DNA of 62,199 nucleotides, filler included, from Globobulimina sp. (Eukaryota), in the NCBI GenBank assembly GCA_003354225.1. It is 28 parts of 28 records of this genome, joined end to end, with 100 filler letters (N's around TTAATTAATTAA, not from the genome) between each part and the next. Parts side by side here need not be neighbours in the genome. Positions count along the whole stretch, not along the records: positions 22,264 to 24,388 come from PIVH01008800.1; positions 24,489 to 26,613 come from PIVH01008801.1; positions 26,714 to 28,838 come from PIVH01008802.1; positions 28,939 to 31,063 come from PIVH01008803.1; positions 31,164 to 33,288 come from PIVH01008804.1; positions 33,389 to 35,513 come from PIVH01008805.1; positions 35,614 to 37,738 come from PIVH01008806.1; 21 more parts are not named here. One strand, 5' to 3'. The notes beneath the pieces were generated by a model. It did no database searches, was not told where the DNA came from, and worked only from the letters and a program-made list of their open reading frames with translations. Below are positions 23,674-36,359 of the stretch, piece by piece. The position numbers and the translations under genes are program-made. Numbering within the stretch: position 1 is the stretch's first letter; each line of letters starts with the position of its first letter.

Positions 23674-24388
23674 ATGGCGCTGGAACTTGAAGACCAGGCC
23701 GTTGTCGAAGTATTGGTAAAGCGAGACTCGCTGACTGACGATGCAGAAACACGTTACGATTTAAACTATACACCACCAAACCATTTAAAATTAAAAGATA
23801 AGAATGGAAAACGAAATGTGTTGATGAGATACGACCAATTCGTAGCGCTTAATTTTCCGAGCATTCTACAATCGATTGTCGCCTTTGTCACATTCAATGC
23901 ATACACCAACCAAACCAGATTTGCGTGGGCTTATCCCGCGTTGACCTTAGATCGCGAGTTGAGGTACACACACTGTGCACGGATATATACTTCTAACACC
24001 ACTTAAAAAGTCAAGATATTGACAGGATTATATTTGCTTTTTTTAGGTGTTGGTAGAAGATGATATTGCACTGATTGATAACTACAAGGATCCCGCCAGG
24101 AACCATTATGCTTTCCACTGCTATCGCGGGAATTTTGTATCTTAATTTCTATACAATCATGGATTATATCTCTGAAAGGGAGTATTTTGATGTAAACACG
24201 AAGTTGTTGTATGTGTTGGCGATATTAGCTTTGTTATATGGATTGAATTTTACAGAGAGCATTGAAGCGCCGGTGGAGGGAGAGGTTGATAAAGAATATA
24301 CAAAGAGCTTAACCGATGCAAAGCCGTATTTGGGAGTGTTGGTGTTTACTTGTTTTGTGCTTTACGGCTTTGTATATCCTCTCTGGAC
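23674..24388 (+). CDS. Hypothetical membrane protein; intron 23964-24088; 3' partial
   Basis: The GT-AG intron joins ...DREL to RIPPGTIML in frame. Several TM segments follow. Confidence 0.6.
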
Positions 24389-24488
24389 NNNNNNNNNNNN
24401 NNNNNNNNNNNNNNNNNNNNNNNNNNNNNNNNTTAATTAATTAANNNNNNNNNNNNNNNNNNNNNNNNNNNNNNNNNNNNNNNNNNNN

Positions 24489-25839
24489 TGGTAAAATATC
24501 ATTATTTGAACAATCCTCAAAGTGTATCCGTATACAAATAAACAAACTATGGAATAATTTCGGATCTACTTATTATTCAATCGAAACATTGTCAGACGGG
24601 AATGGTATAAAATCAACTGGGGAATATCCGGGCGTATATTTGAATGTAAAATCATTTATATCATCCACTCAAAATGAAGGTGGAATATATGGAGATAGGA
24701 TGTGTCTATTATCAATATCTGACAATACAAATAACCCCAAATCTTGGTGCTGTGATATCGATATTAAAGAATTAAATAATGACAACAGTTTAAAATGTAA
24801 TGATTTGCAGTATACAAACGCTATAAACAGTGATGAAAATTATCAAAGATTTGAAACCTGTGTGGTTTATGATAGTTTAAATAATATGTTGTATCAAATT
24901 GGTGGTTATTATGGTCAAACTATTTTCGATTCAATTTTATGTTTTGATTTAGAAACTGAAAAATATTTAAACAATGACGAATGTAAATATATGAAGTTAC
25001 GTAAACCAATGTATAGTGTGGGATGTACTGTGATGTATGGCAATGACAATGGCATTGCATATGATAATAAATCAACAATTGTTAGTGTTGGTGGTTTAGA
25101 CACATTGTCAAAATCATCAACAACAACATTCAGCGATGAAATAAATATTTGTAATTACGATGAATGTAAAACAAGCATGCATTTAAATGACGGAGTATTG
25201 AAAACACGTGTTTTTGCAATTGATTATTGCCACATTGGTATTGTAGGTGGTATACTGCGAATTGATGGTTTACCAATAATTTCGTCAAAAATTGATATTG
25301 CAAATATTTGTACGCAAGAATGGATTTACAGTGATATTTTACCGTTACCGTTATCCGAAATGGGTATTATCAAAACAACCGATGTTTTTTGTTTATATGG
25401 TGGTATTTCAGTTGATAGCCAAAAAGATTTGCCACAATTATCAACCTATGCTTATTGCACCAATATAGGTAATGATATGCCATTGCCATCATCTCAAACA
25501 CCAACAACTTATTTACCGACAGAAATGGCCACGGAGCAATCATCTCAATTATTGAGGACAACAACAATATCAGTATCAAAATCAAAATCAAAATCAAATA
25601 ATCAAACATTGGAAATAGTAATAATAGCAATAATATTAATATTGACATTCTGTGCTATTGGATGGATTTTATTTATTTTTATTCGTAAAATGAAAATAAG
25701 ATTAAGTGATATTAATCAAATAAAACAACAAAAAGGAAAACATATCCAACTAAATGCGATGGATGGAGTCCATCATACTATTTCTCGATTATCTGATTCA
25801 GATAATGGTGATACAAATAATATTATATACAAATGCTAA
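24489..25839 (+). CDS. Kelch-like beta-propeller type I membrane protein; 5' partial
   Basis: Repeated hydrophobic-GG blades (YQIGG, VSVGG, GIVGG, LYGG), then a T/S/P stalk, a TM helix and a short tail. Confidence 0.75.
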
Positions 25840-26107
25840 TTATAATGAATATCAACTATAAAAATATTTCGGTTTTTTCTTGTGTTTCTATTTTTAATAT
25901 GTATGACTGTGTTTTAACGTACATTTTTCTTTCTTTCTTTTTAGTTTTTTCGAGCTTAGGATGACCAACAAAAAAATGGTGAAACTCACCGTGATTAAAA
26001 ATAAAATATCAACACAAAATAAAATTAACACACATAAACAAAATAAATTAAAATATAATTATAATGAAACAAAATAAAATAAAAAAACAACAAAAATATG
26101 TGCTAAT

Positions 26108-26613
26108 TTATTGACAAATAGTAATTGTTTGAATTCCATCTGCCATACAACATTTATATATATATTCATTTGTCTCGTCATGGCTTAGATTTCTTTGCAT
26201 TATAATTTCATATTGATCCGGAAAATTTGAAATCCACGAAATATCGCAACATTTGTTTGCCTTTGACGTAAATGACTTATTTATCTCAATCAACACATCC
26301 AATTCATTCTGATCCAGTGTACTTAATTGCACCTCTTTGTATTTTGAACCAATAATATATGTTTTAAAACATCTATCTTTGTACATTTTATTTATATTTA
26401 TTGACATATTTCCATCTAACAATGTTTTCTCTGAATGTAACTCATTAAAAACATAAATTATTGGCTTGCTGGAAAAATATATCGGATATGAAGCAAACTG
26501 ATATTTACTCAGTTTATCAATCGCATCATATAAACATCGATCAAACCATTTCCATTTTAAATAATTTCCATTCAATTGTGTTTCTGATAAATCTTTCATA
26601 CATTTTCCATTTA
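26108..26613 (-). CDS. Degenerate ART-fold protein, C-terminal part
   Basis: WKWFDRCLYDAI..L, FKTYIIGSKYKEV and CCDISWISNFPDQYEII follow the layout of the ART-like gene at 20265, with altered catalytic motifs. Confidence 0.5.
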
Positions 26614-26713
26614 NNNNNNNNNNNNNNNNNNNNNNNNNNNNNNNNNNNNNNNNNNNNTTAATTAATTAANNNNNNNNNNNNNNNNNNNNNNNNNNNNNNN
26701 NNNNNNNNNNNNN

Positions 26714-27210
26714 AAAAGGAAAACTCGTTTTTATTGATGTGCGCCGAAGATATGCACTTATATAACAAAATTATTTTGGCCTTGCGCAGACCGGGCGGTT
26801 TGAAGAAATTGGAGGTGAATGAAAGATTATTTCTTGAGATCAGAAGACAAGTGTCGATCTGCAAAAAAATTGCCGGTTTGGAGTATAATCGAAAGAGAGA
26901 AGATCGGAAAACAGCGAAGTTTGAAAGGATGGCAGCATCGGCGGGCATTGAATTGGATGAGTTGAATTGCCGCGCTTTGGGTATTATGAAAACGAATCAT
27001 AATTTTCGGAATGATAAAGCGAGCGTAAAACGCAAAAATTCCAGAAATAATCAACATAAATCATTTGAATATGGAATAAAAAATAAGCAAGAAAATCATG
27101 AGATAGATCAAGAAATTAATTCGTTGAGATTTGAATTAAAAAAATTGAGAGCGAAGAGTGATTTTAAAAGACCAAAGTCTTCATATTTGACAAAAGGATA
27201 TGTTGTTTGA
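26714..27210 (+). CDS. C-terminus of a DEAD-box helicase, DDX24/MAK5-like
   Basis: EIRRQVSICKKIAGLE...FERMAASAGIELD...ELKKL resembles the DDX24/MAK5 post-helicase helices. The core motifs are not on this contig. Confidence 0.5.
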
Positions 27211-28409
27211 TAAATAGTGTAAATTTGATTGCTAGTTTTAATTATCTGAGTTATAGGAATTTCATTCCCAATCATACATTTTACCCTTACAATTCTTAAC
27301 AAATGATGTTGTAGAAACACTTCGTTTTAGAAATTCGCACATTCGCAAGGGATTTTGTTGGAGCTTGGTGATGAGATCGTCACCAAGTGGTTCATTTTTC
27401 CAAAACGAACTGTTTCTAACTAAAGTAATCGTAAAAGAAGGTTACTAACAAAAAAAACTCTTTCTTTCTCATCCTCTCTTCACAAAATTCGACGTGCAAC
27501 TGAAGATGAAAAAAACTTGTCCGTGTTATTGGTTCAAAGTTTGATGAATTCGAAATGGTTCCTCAATGAATAGATTTATTAGCAGAAATTTCGTACATTT
27601 TCTGATGATATGCATTTATACAGTCAACAAATTAATGGGCGGGCGGCGTGATGGAATTTGATGAAAAGAGAAAATTAAAGGTTTGTATTTGAATAATTGT
27701 ATTGTATTATAAATTGATGAGAAAGTATTTACATTTTGTACTGAATAATGAGTGATGATACGTAAATCTGCCATGATGATCTGACTTAGCACGAAATAAA
27801 TCAAATAATTACATTTTCATACTCTATTAATTTACTATTTGTTTAATAATTCAATTGTTTTTGTTTGATTTATAAATAGGTACTTATAAATATATAATTT
27901 ATGGATATTAAATGATGAAAATTTGCTTCCAACTATTCTGAATTTCGTCGTGTTTGAAAATATCAATCAAATATCTATCGTCATCAAATTCGGTATGTTA
28001 TTTTTTTTATTTATTTGGGACAAAATGATGACAAAATCTTAAACTGAAACGATTTTTGTTGAAATATTATAAAAATTAAGAAAAGTAACTCTGATACAAT
28101 ATGTTTCTATTCTTTTTTTATTTATTTGTGTGTGGATCGGATTGGATCGGATTATGAATGATTTGTTTATTTTTTACACAGATTTGATTTGATATGGTAT
28201 GTAATTGCAAGAAAATTATTGATTATTGATTGTTGTTTGTGTTTTGTAATTAATTATTATGTGTTTTGACAGATAACTCAGATAACCCTCACGCAGTGCA
28301 GTCCCTTTGTATATTCATGGAGCATGTTCTCGTCTTTATAACAAACTGTATTCCAAAAGATATCCAGAAACACTTTGCTATAGTTTGCCTTGAATTTGTC
28401 CTGGTTTGT

Positions 28410-28838
28410 TATAACTTTGTCTTGGGTTTGCAAATCCCATCATTTTGTTTTATAATCCCATCATTTTGTTTTATAATATTTTATTTTAAGTCTCATCGTT
28501 TACCGCGATATATTTTATGGTTTATATGGTGAACGACAAAGTCGCTTTTTAACGCGATATAGAATTTATTTGATGACGATGCAAAAATTGTTGTGATGAT
28601 AGCTTATGGATAGAAGACATTTGGGTACAAATCACAATCATTTTTTTTATTTATTGTTCTTAATAACGTAAAAGAAACGTTTAGATTTTACTACGTGCAA
28701 AATCGTGAAACGTTTCTATTTTTTACTGTCAAAAATATATCGCGGTAAACGAGGAGACTTAAAATAAAATATTATAAAACAAAATGATGGGATTATAAAA
28801 CAAAATGATGGGATTTGCAAACCCAAGACAAAGTTATA
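28410..28838. repeat. 107-bp inverted repeat (28410-28516 and 28732-28838), each arm containing a 21-bp tandem duplication
   Basis: The arms are reverse complements with one mismatch seen. The right arm runs into the contig end. Confidence 0.9.
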
Positions 28839-29185
28839 NNNNNNNNNNNNNNNNNNNNNNNNNNNNNNNNNNNNNNNNNNNNTTAATTAATTAANNNNNN
28901 NNNNNNNNNNNNNNNNNNNNNNNNNNNNNNNNNNNNNNGATAAGATATGGAATACATTGATGAGCGGATGTGTCAAATATAACCACACATTGTTAGCGCA
29001 ACATGTTTATAATCAAATGGAAAAACGATTTCAATGCGCATCGAATACTATGACACTTGCAGATCTATCACTTTCTAATATATATTCTGTACATACACAC
29101 TCCCAATGAATCACTCATTTTACAACATTTTAATTTACCCATCATTTTGTATATTAAACATTTTTTTTCTTCAACTTGACTTGCA

Positions 29186-31034
29186 ATGGCAACTCAAGAT
29201 TCTTACCATGACACAGTCTCTAAAATGGCTAAAAAATACAGTCAATACAGACTCCCCGAACCTTCTGAATTATTCGATTCAGACGATGACAATAATAACC
29301 ACAACAACCGTCTGAAGAGTAGATCATTAAACGACCTACATATGAACAGCAAGCCTGTAGCTCCCATCCACGTAAACAATCCTCATTTATCCAATCACAG
29401 CGACATCGCACACGAATCAAATGATGAAGAAGATGAAGATTTATTTTCAGAGACCAACACCATGATATCACACAAATCCTACGCCTACACACTGCCCCCT
29501 AAAAGCAGCAAACTGAGCAAAGTAAGTTTTTCATTTGAACCAACAACCTACAATCCAATGGAAGAGATCCGCGGGATCCAAACCGACAAAGCTTTGTTTA
29601 TCCACATCTTTGATAAATACTTTGATGAATCCAAGGAAGGCGATGTCGATTTCAGTGAGTTTAGAAAAGGTCTATTTAAGTTGGGGCATACTGGAAGCAA
29701 TCAGCATATACGAAAACTGTTTGACATTTTGTTAATGAATGGCGATGTCGATGTAGCTCTGCAATTGCATGGCGTTGATAGCGGTCAGTATTTACAAAGT
29801 GATCAATTCTCTGATTTTTTAACCCGAAAGTTTGACAATCCGCAGCTGATTGCATTTCAGCAGCTGTTGTTGAATATTATTGTTCCAAATACAAAGAGGA
29901 ATGATAGTCGACAGAGTTTGATCAGTGCGCATGATGCGGTGCAGTGGGACGCTGCCAAAGTATCATTGACTGAGATCGAAATGAGGTACAGTACAGTACA
30001 TATTATATATTTTGTTTTTAGTTTCGGAATAAAATATGCATTGCATTTGCAGACAAGCGATGGAGCAAATGGTCGATTCCGAGATGTCGAAAATCAAAAA
30101 AACGAGTGAATTTCAAGAGGAACTATCGCGAAGAATGGCGGACCCACAGTTTTGCAACGATTTAAACGCAGAAAATTGGGACTACTATGAAGTGGCTTAT
30201 TGGGTACAACAAAATGGATATAAGTATTGCATGAAACGCTTTTTTGATCAACAAATTGATGGAAATGTACTATTGTATGATATAAATGTTTCTATGCTGG
30301 TGAATACATTGGGGGTCACCACCTTGCATAGTAACAAATTTATGCGCAATTTAGTTGATTTGAAAACGAAAATAAATCAAAATAAAACTGTTTTAAATTG
30401 TGATTACAACGTTTGTGATATTGATATAGCATCAAATCCAGAGGTTTATGGAAAGAAAATCAACGCTTTGCACTCTGAGAAAGAGACATTAAATGAAAAG
30501 ATATTAGCTTTGCAGTTCGATTTGAATGGAAGCAAACAAAAGTTATTGAACGCTCAACAAGAAATTGTTGCATTGAGTAAAATTATGCAGTCGAATAATA
30601 CTAAGTTAATTGATTACGATTCCATGAAGTCATTATATGATTCGGTGTGTAAACAGCTGAATGACACAAAGATTGAATATCAAAATACAAAACATACACA
30701 TGAATCTCATATGGAACTGTTAAAAAAACAAAATGATGGTCAAATGTCTGTGTTGAAACAGGAAATTGCAAAATTGAGCAATATGAATGATTCCCTGTCG
30801 GACGAAAATGTGCAATTAAAAACAAAAATTAATATTGCAAATGTTCAACAACGCTCTGCCGCAGTTGAAGAAGAGGAAAAAAATAGTTTGGACAATATTG
30901 ATTTTGCTAAACGCGAGGAATGGAACGGCGAGGAAGTTGGATATTGGTTGGCGTCGATTGGGATGAAAATGTACATCAAACAGTTTGAACAGTTGGATGT
31001 TGACGGACAGATATTATTTAATGACATAAATTGA
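29186..31034 (+). CDS. EF-hand + SAM + coiled-coil + SAM protein; intron 29986-30052; 3' end uncertain
   Basis: EF-hand FDESKEGDVDFSEF. SAM motifs WDYYEVAYWV...IDGNVLL and WNGEEVGYWL...VDGQIL. Confidence 0.8.
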
Positions 31035-31163
31035 CACGCATGCTCCGCAAATGCAGTATATATNNNNNNNNNNNNNNNNNNNNNNNNNNNNNNNNNNNNN
31101 NNNNNNNTTAATTAATTAANNNNNNNNNNNNNNNNNNNNNNNNNNNNNNNNNNNNNNNNNNNN

Positions 31164-33288
31164 TAGAAACATCAACAATCTGAATATAAAATTATTGAAT
31201 TCATTGATTGATTTTTATGGATATTTTGGTGATATTGAGAACGCATTGGCGGTCTTTGATGGTGTGAGTGATGACAAAAAAGATTTTGTTTCCATTGGGT
31301 CAATGATGAATGCATTGATAATTAATGATAAGAATGAAAGTGTTATTGTATTGTATGACAAATATAAACCATTGATGGATGATACATCGTTTGCATTGCT
31401 ATTTAAAGCCTGTATTAACAGTAAGAACTTTGAAAAAGGACAAACAATTTATTACAATGTGATTACACACAGGCAAAATATAAATATTTCACTCTATAAT
31501 ACATTAATTGATTTCTTTGGTAGTTTCAATGATATTACACAAGCAACGCATATATTTGATAATGTTCCTTGTAATGCAATAGATGTAGTAACTGTTGGTA
31601 CCATAATGAAAATATATATAAATAATGAGGAGAGTAGCAAAGCATTATTGTTCTACGACAAATATGAATTATTACAGGATAATATATCACATACATTGGC
31701 CATTCGAGCAAGTAAAAACATGAATGATTTTGCAAAAGGTAAAGAAATTCATGATAAAATTGCAGCAGATTTAAATGATGCAGATATCCAATGTTATAAT
31801 ACATTGATTGATTTTTATTGTCACTTTGCTGACATATTTACAGCGACTCAAATATTTAATGGTATATCAGAAAACAAAATAAACTCTCAAACTATAAATA
31901 TTATAATGAAGGCATATATTAAATGTAAGTCAAACTATTGTGATAAAGCATTAATAATTTATGACAGATTCCATTCATTAAGTAATGATATATCTCATTT
32001 ATATGCCATAAAAGCCTGTATTCTGTCTGATAATTTTGAGAAAGGTCAATTTATTTATGATTACGTTACAAATAATAATGCCTTATCCGATACCTTTGAT
32101 AATATAATATTAAAGAATGCATTTATTGAATTGTATGGGCATTTCAACAAAATTGATACTGCCATATTCATATTTGATTCCATTAATGAATGTGAAAAAG
32201 ATACGACCACTGTTAACGCATTGATTAAGTGTTTAGTTTCGAATGAAAACACATTGACATTGACATTTTATCGAAAATATTATGAATTAACGGATGATTT
32301 TTCGCATATATTGGCGCTGAAATCATGTAAACGTAATAACAATAAACAGTTTGGTTTCGATATCTATGAAGAAACACATAAAAATGCGACAATTATGCTA
32401 GAAAATGCTTTTATAGATTTCTTTGGATATTTTGGCGATATTAATTTTGCAATAAAAGTATTTGAAAATGTGGTTAACAAAGATAGTGCAACAATAAATT
32501 CAATGATCTCTGTTTTTGGTGATTGTCAACGATATTGTGATTGTATAGCAGTGTATGATAAAAATGAAATGTTCCAAGATGACATTTCACATTTACTAAT
32601 AATAAATATTTGCGCCAAAAGCGATAACTTTGAAAAAGGAAAGGAAATTTATCTCAAAATAAAAGATTTGGATAAAAGCATTGCATTACAAAATACATTA
32701 ATTGATTTTTTTGGAACTTTTGGTTGTATTTCCAGTTCATTATCAATATTTAATTCAATTCCAAATGAAACAAAAGATATTTATAGCATTGGTGTAATGA
32801 TGAATGCATATTGTAATTGTAAAATGTATATTGAATGCATTAAGTTATTCGAAAATATTGAGAATTATAATGCCAACTTAGAAGCGAATGTAGTGTGTTA
32901 TTCAAATTTATTTAAAGCCTGCACGCAAAGCACTGCATATCATTTTGGCAAACAAATTCACGAAAAACTAGAAAAAAAGCTAGATAATAAATGGATGTTA
33001 TCAGAAACGGAAATACAAATAACATTAATTAATATGTATGGCAAATGTTCAATGTTAAATGTTTGTAACGAGATATTTAATCCACAGACTGCTGAACTTG
33101 GAGTATGGAATGCCATTATTTATGCGCATGGACGAAATGGTTTTATTAATAAAGCATTGGAATTGTTTGATATTATGAGAAATGAAAGGAAATTAAGTGG
33201 TGATTATCGAACCTTTATCGTGTTGATAAATGGCTGCAGTCACAGTGGTAATATAGAGGAAGCGCGAGATATTTGGGAGAATAAAATT
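31164..33288 (+). CDS. PLS-type pentatricopeptide repeat protein; both ends partial
   Basis: Six ~100-aa triplets (N.LIDF.G.F / TI..MM.A / SH.LAIKAC...FEKG), followed by LINMYGKC, WNAIIYAHGRNG...ALELF and TFIVLINGCSHSGNIEEA. Confidence 0.9.
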
Positions 33289-33388
33289 NNNNNNNNNNNN
33301 NNNNNNNNNNNNNNNNNNNNNNNNNNNNNNNNTTAATTAATTAANNNNNNNNNNNNNNNNNNNNNNNNNNNNNNNNNNNNNNNNNNNN

Positions 33389-35513
33389 ACCCGAAATCTC
33401 CGATGCAACCTATTATTATTCCAAAACCAGCAATCAATTAATTATTTTTGTATTGTTAAATACATCACATATTTATTATCAATGTGATTGCAATGAATTG
33501 TGCGAATCTGTCGATTTACAAAATAAATTAAATATTAATAAATGTCATGATGATATATGCAAAATAGAGGATGCGTTTGCTGCCTTTACCAATGAAGAAG
33601 CATTGAATTTATATATCAATAATACTGTTGATGATTTTTTACAACATCAGCCTGATAATAATGGCACAGAGACATTCATTAATGATTATAAACAGCGATA
33701 CGACTCTTATATTCGCGAAATATCCAAAAAAGCAGAAAATGGTTCCATTTATTTTAGCAATGCTTGCAACACATTGTTTATATCATTGCCATGTCCGGCT
33801 ATTAAATATCATATAAGTCACAGTTGGTCGCGCAAAACATTTGCAGTTAACTTTGAAGATATATATAATGTAAAAATACGAAATTGCCAGTTATTGCTTC
33901 GTAGAAAAGGAGACAAAAATAAAACAAAAAAGAATAACAATAACAATGGTAATATAGCAATGGCAACAATTGATTTTGATGAAGACGACGATGATGATGA
34001 GGAAGATGACGATGATGATTCGAGCGAGGAAGGAGATGACGACGATGATGATGACGAGGATGAGGATGAAGAATCTTTATATGATAACATTGTAATAATA
34101 GACCAAGACGAGGATGAGGATGAGGATGACGAGGATATTGATATTGATATGTCCGGCTCCAATAAAAAAAAGGCGAAAAAATCTCCGAAAAAAAGCAAAT
34201 TAACCAAACAAAAAGAGAGTCACAATGAGCAAAAAGAAGAAATAATGAGAGAATCGCCATATTTTTCGTCATGGATGGATTTACCGACAGAGCAATCATG
34301 TTGGCCCGGAATTGTTGTCTTATCCATTCACGACACACGGAAAGGAACCTTGGTAAATCCGACCGGATGCTTTGTAATACAAAAAGTCAATGATAAATAT
34401 TATGTGTCCGATATTCAGAGCTCGTTAGAATCGCGATATGACAAATGTAGACCGGTTGGTGTATCTAAAATACATTTGGATGCTTATAATCCACGCTGTA
34501 CACTGTCCGCATTGAATTGTAATATGGGATTTTTAGCATTATTTGAAGACGGCTCATTGCACCAAATTGGATTTAAATCGCAAAACAACAATTTTAAATT
34601 CAGTCAATATGACTGGAATGATAATACGTTTGGTTTTTTGTCCGCGTGGTTTAAGTCGCAGCCATGGCAGAAATTGGTAGCACCGGAGAGGATTCATGCC
34701 GATGTTACATTATTTGAACAATATACAAAACTAAGAGCCGACGAGTTCGATGTACACGGTACAATATCACAAAGTAAATTAAATGAGTTTGGATCTCAAT
34801 TACCGCAGAAATGTGCCTATGTGCCACTGGCCGAAGAAGAGAAACATTATATAACTATCAATACGCATTCGAGAGATAAAATTATTACCGGTATTAAGCT
34901 ACAATTTATTGACCAGTTACATACTCCAAATACCGTCGTCATAAACGGTACCTCTTATCCCTGCTATTATTCATCAGCTCGAGTCAGATGGAATGATATC
35001 AGATTACCCAAACGGAATCAGCTCAGAAACGTACGTATTGATGTTCCGATAATGCCAAATCGGGAGACACCAATTTTTAATAATATTGAAGTTTATTGTA
35101 ATATTCAAAATTCTCGCAAAAGGAATTTAAAACGAACACAACAATTACTATTACAACAAATTCCTGTATTAACTAGAAATGTTTTGTATGATTATTTAAA
35201 AAATTTATGGAATCACATTAATCAGTTTGAGCCAAAGAAAATACACTTAACTGAATATAACAAAACATGTGATGATGGCAATGATAATAAGGAGGGTGCT
35301 ATCGATGATATGTTGGATTGGTTATTAATTAAATCGAAAGCACAGATATTAAAATTAAATAAACAGCAATATACAAATGAATTATTATATATTTTATCGC
35401 AATTGAATGAGAAACCATTTGTACTGAAAAAAGAATTAAATCCGACCGTAACCAATCACGTATTTCGGTCTTTAACCCAGTTAATAAATAATATTAACAT
35501 TTCGTTCGGCACA
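33389..35513 (+). CDS. Internal fragment of a UBR4/BIG (p600)-like giant protein, with an acidic insert
   Basis: The blocks GSIYFS...LFISL, LFEDGSL, ITGIKLQF...RWNDI and PIFNNIEVY occur in the order I recall for UBR4/BIG. Confidence 0.55.
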
Positions 35514-35613
35514 NNNNNNNNNNNNNNNNNNNNNNNNNNNNNNNNNNNNNNNNNNNNTTAATTAATTAANNNNNNNNNNNNNNNNNNNNNNNNNNNNNNN
35601 NNNNNNNNNNNNN

Positions 35614-35889
35614 TTTGATATTGTTGATTGGATTGCCCCTGATTCTGGTTCATCACTTACAAGTTTATCGGTTGGCTCTGTGTTATTGATAATATGTGTT
35701 GTAGTATTATTGACGTATTGTATTTTAGGATGTGCGTATAACTCATTCTATCATGGAAGGGTTGGAATGGATGCTGTGCCAAATCGGGAAAAATGGGGCT
35801 ATCTTGGTAGATATACATGTGCCGGATGTGAAGTTACAAGAGAAACGTTATGTTGTTCTGGCGCATCTGGTCCATATCAGGAATTGTAG
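35614..35889 (+). CDS. Mannose-6-phosphate receptor/ATG27-like C-terminus
   Basis: LSVGSVLLII TM helix, Y..LG..YN....G..G...VPN...W, and a terminal YQEL sorting motif. Confidence 0.75.
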   Translation, partial: FDIVDWIAPDSGSSLTSLSVGSVLLIICVVVLLTYCILGCAYNSFYHGRVGMDAVPNREKWGYLGRYTCAGCEVTRETLCCSGASGPYQEL

Positions 35890-36359
35890 AATTGTAAAGA
35901 TGACAATAATGTTTACAAATCAATATTAATTCAATAAAATCATTTAATTGCTATCATATCCTATTCGATTATAAGCAAGGCGCGACCAAAAACTGTGTTT
36001 TCTGAAACCACTGCAGTCAGAACTGTTGAGCTAATTTTTATTTTTGTGATGTGACTTCAACTTTTGGAGTTAATCGCTCATACAAGTTTAGAATATCAAT
36101 CACAAAAAAGTGAATTCAAAAAAGTTTAGAATATCAATCACTAAGACGCAAAAATTAAAAAAAAAAATAAAAAAAAAATTATACTTGATTTATTTTTTAA
36201 TAAAAATACTAAATTATAATGTCATATGTGCATCAAAAGCAGAAACATGCGAAAAAAAGAAAACAACAAAAGCAAAAGTTTACCAACACAAAAATATAAT
36301 AAAAGGAGCAACAAAACCACTGCCAAAGCAACAAACTGTAACAAACACAGAAAATGCCA

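Noticed and set aside
24046-24075. In-frame TAG and TGA suggesting codon reassignment or readthrough
   Set aside because: Both fall inside a GT-AG intron (23964-24088) that restores the frame. Other genes use standard stops.
31020-31063. TGA in the second SAM domain as selenocysteine
   Set aside because: There is no redox motif or visible SECIS, and it lies near the contig end, so an error or frameshift is likelier.
36084-36141. 20-bp direct repeat aagtttagaatatcaatcac
   Set aside because: It is a local duplication between convergent genes with no further structure.
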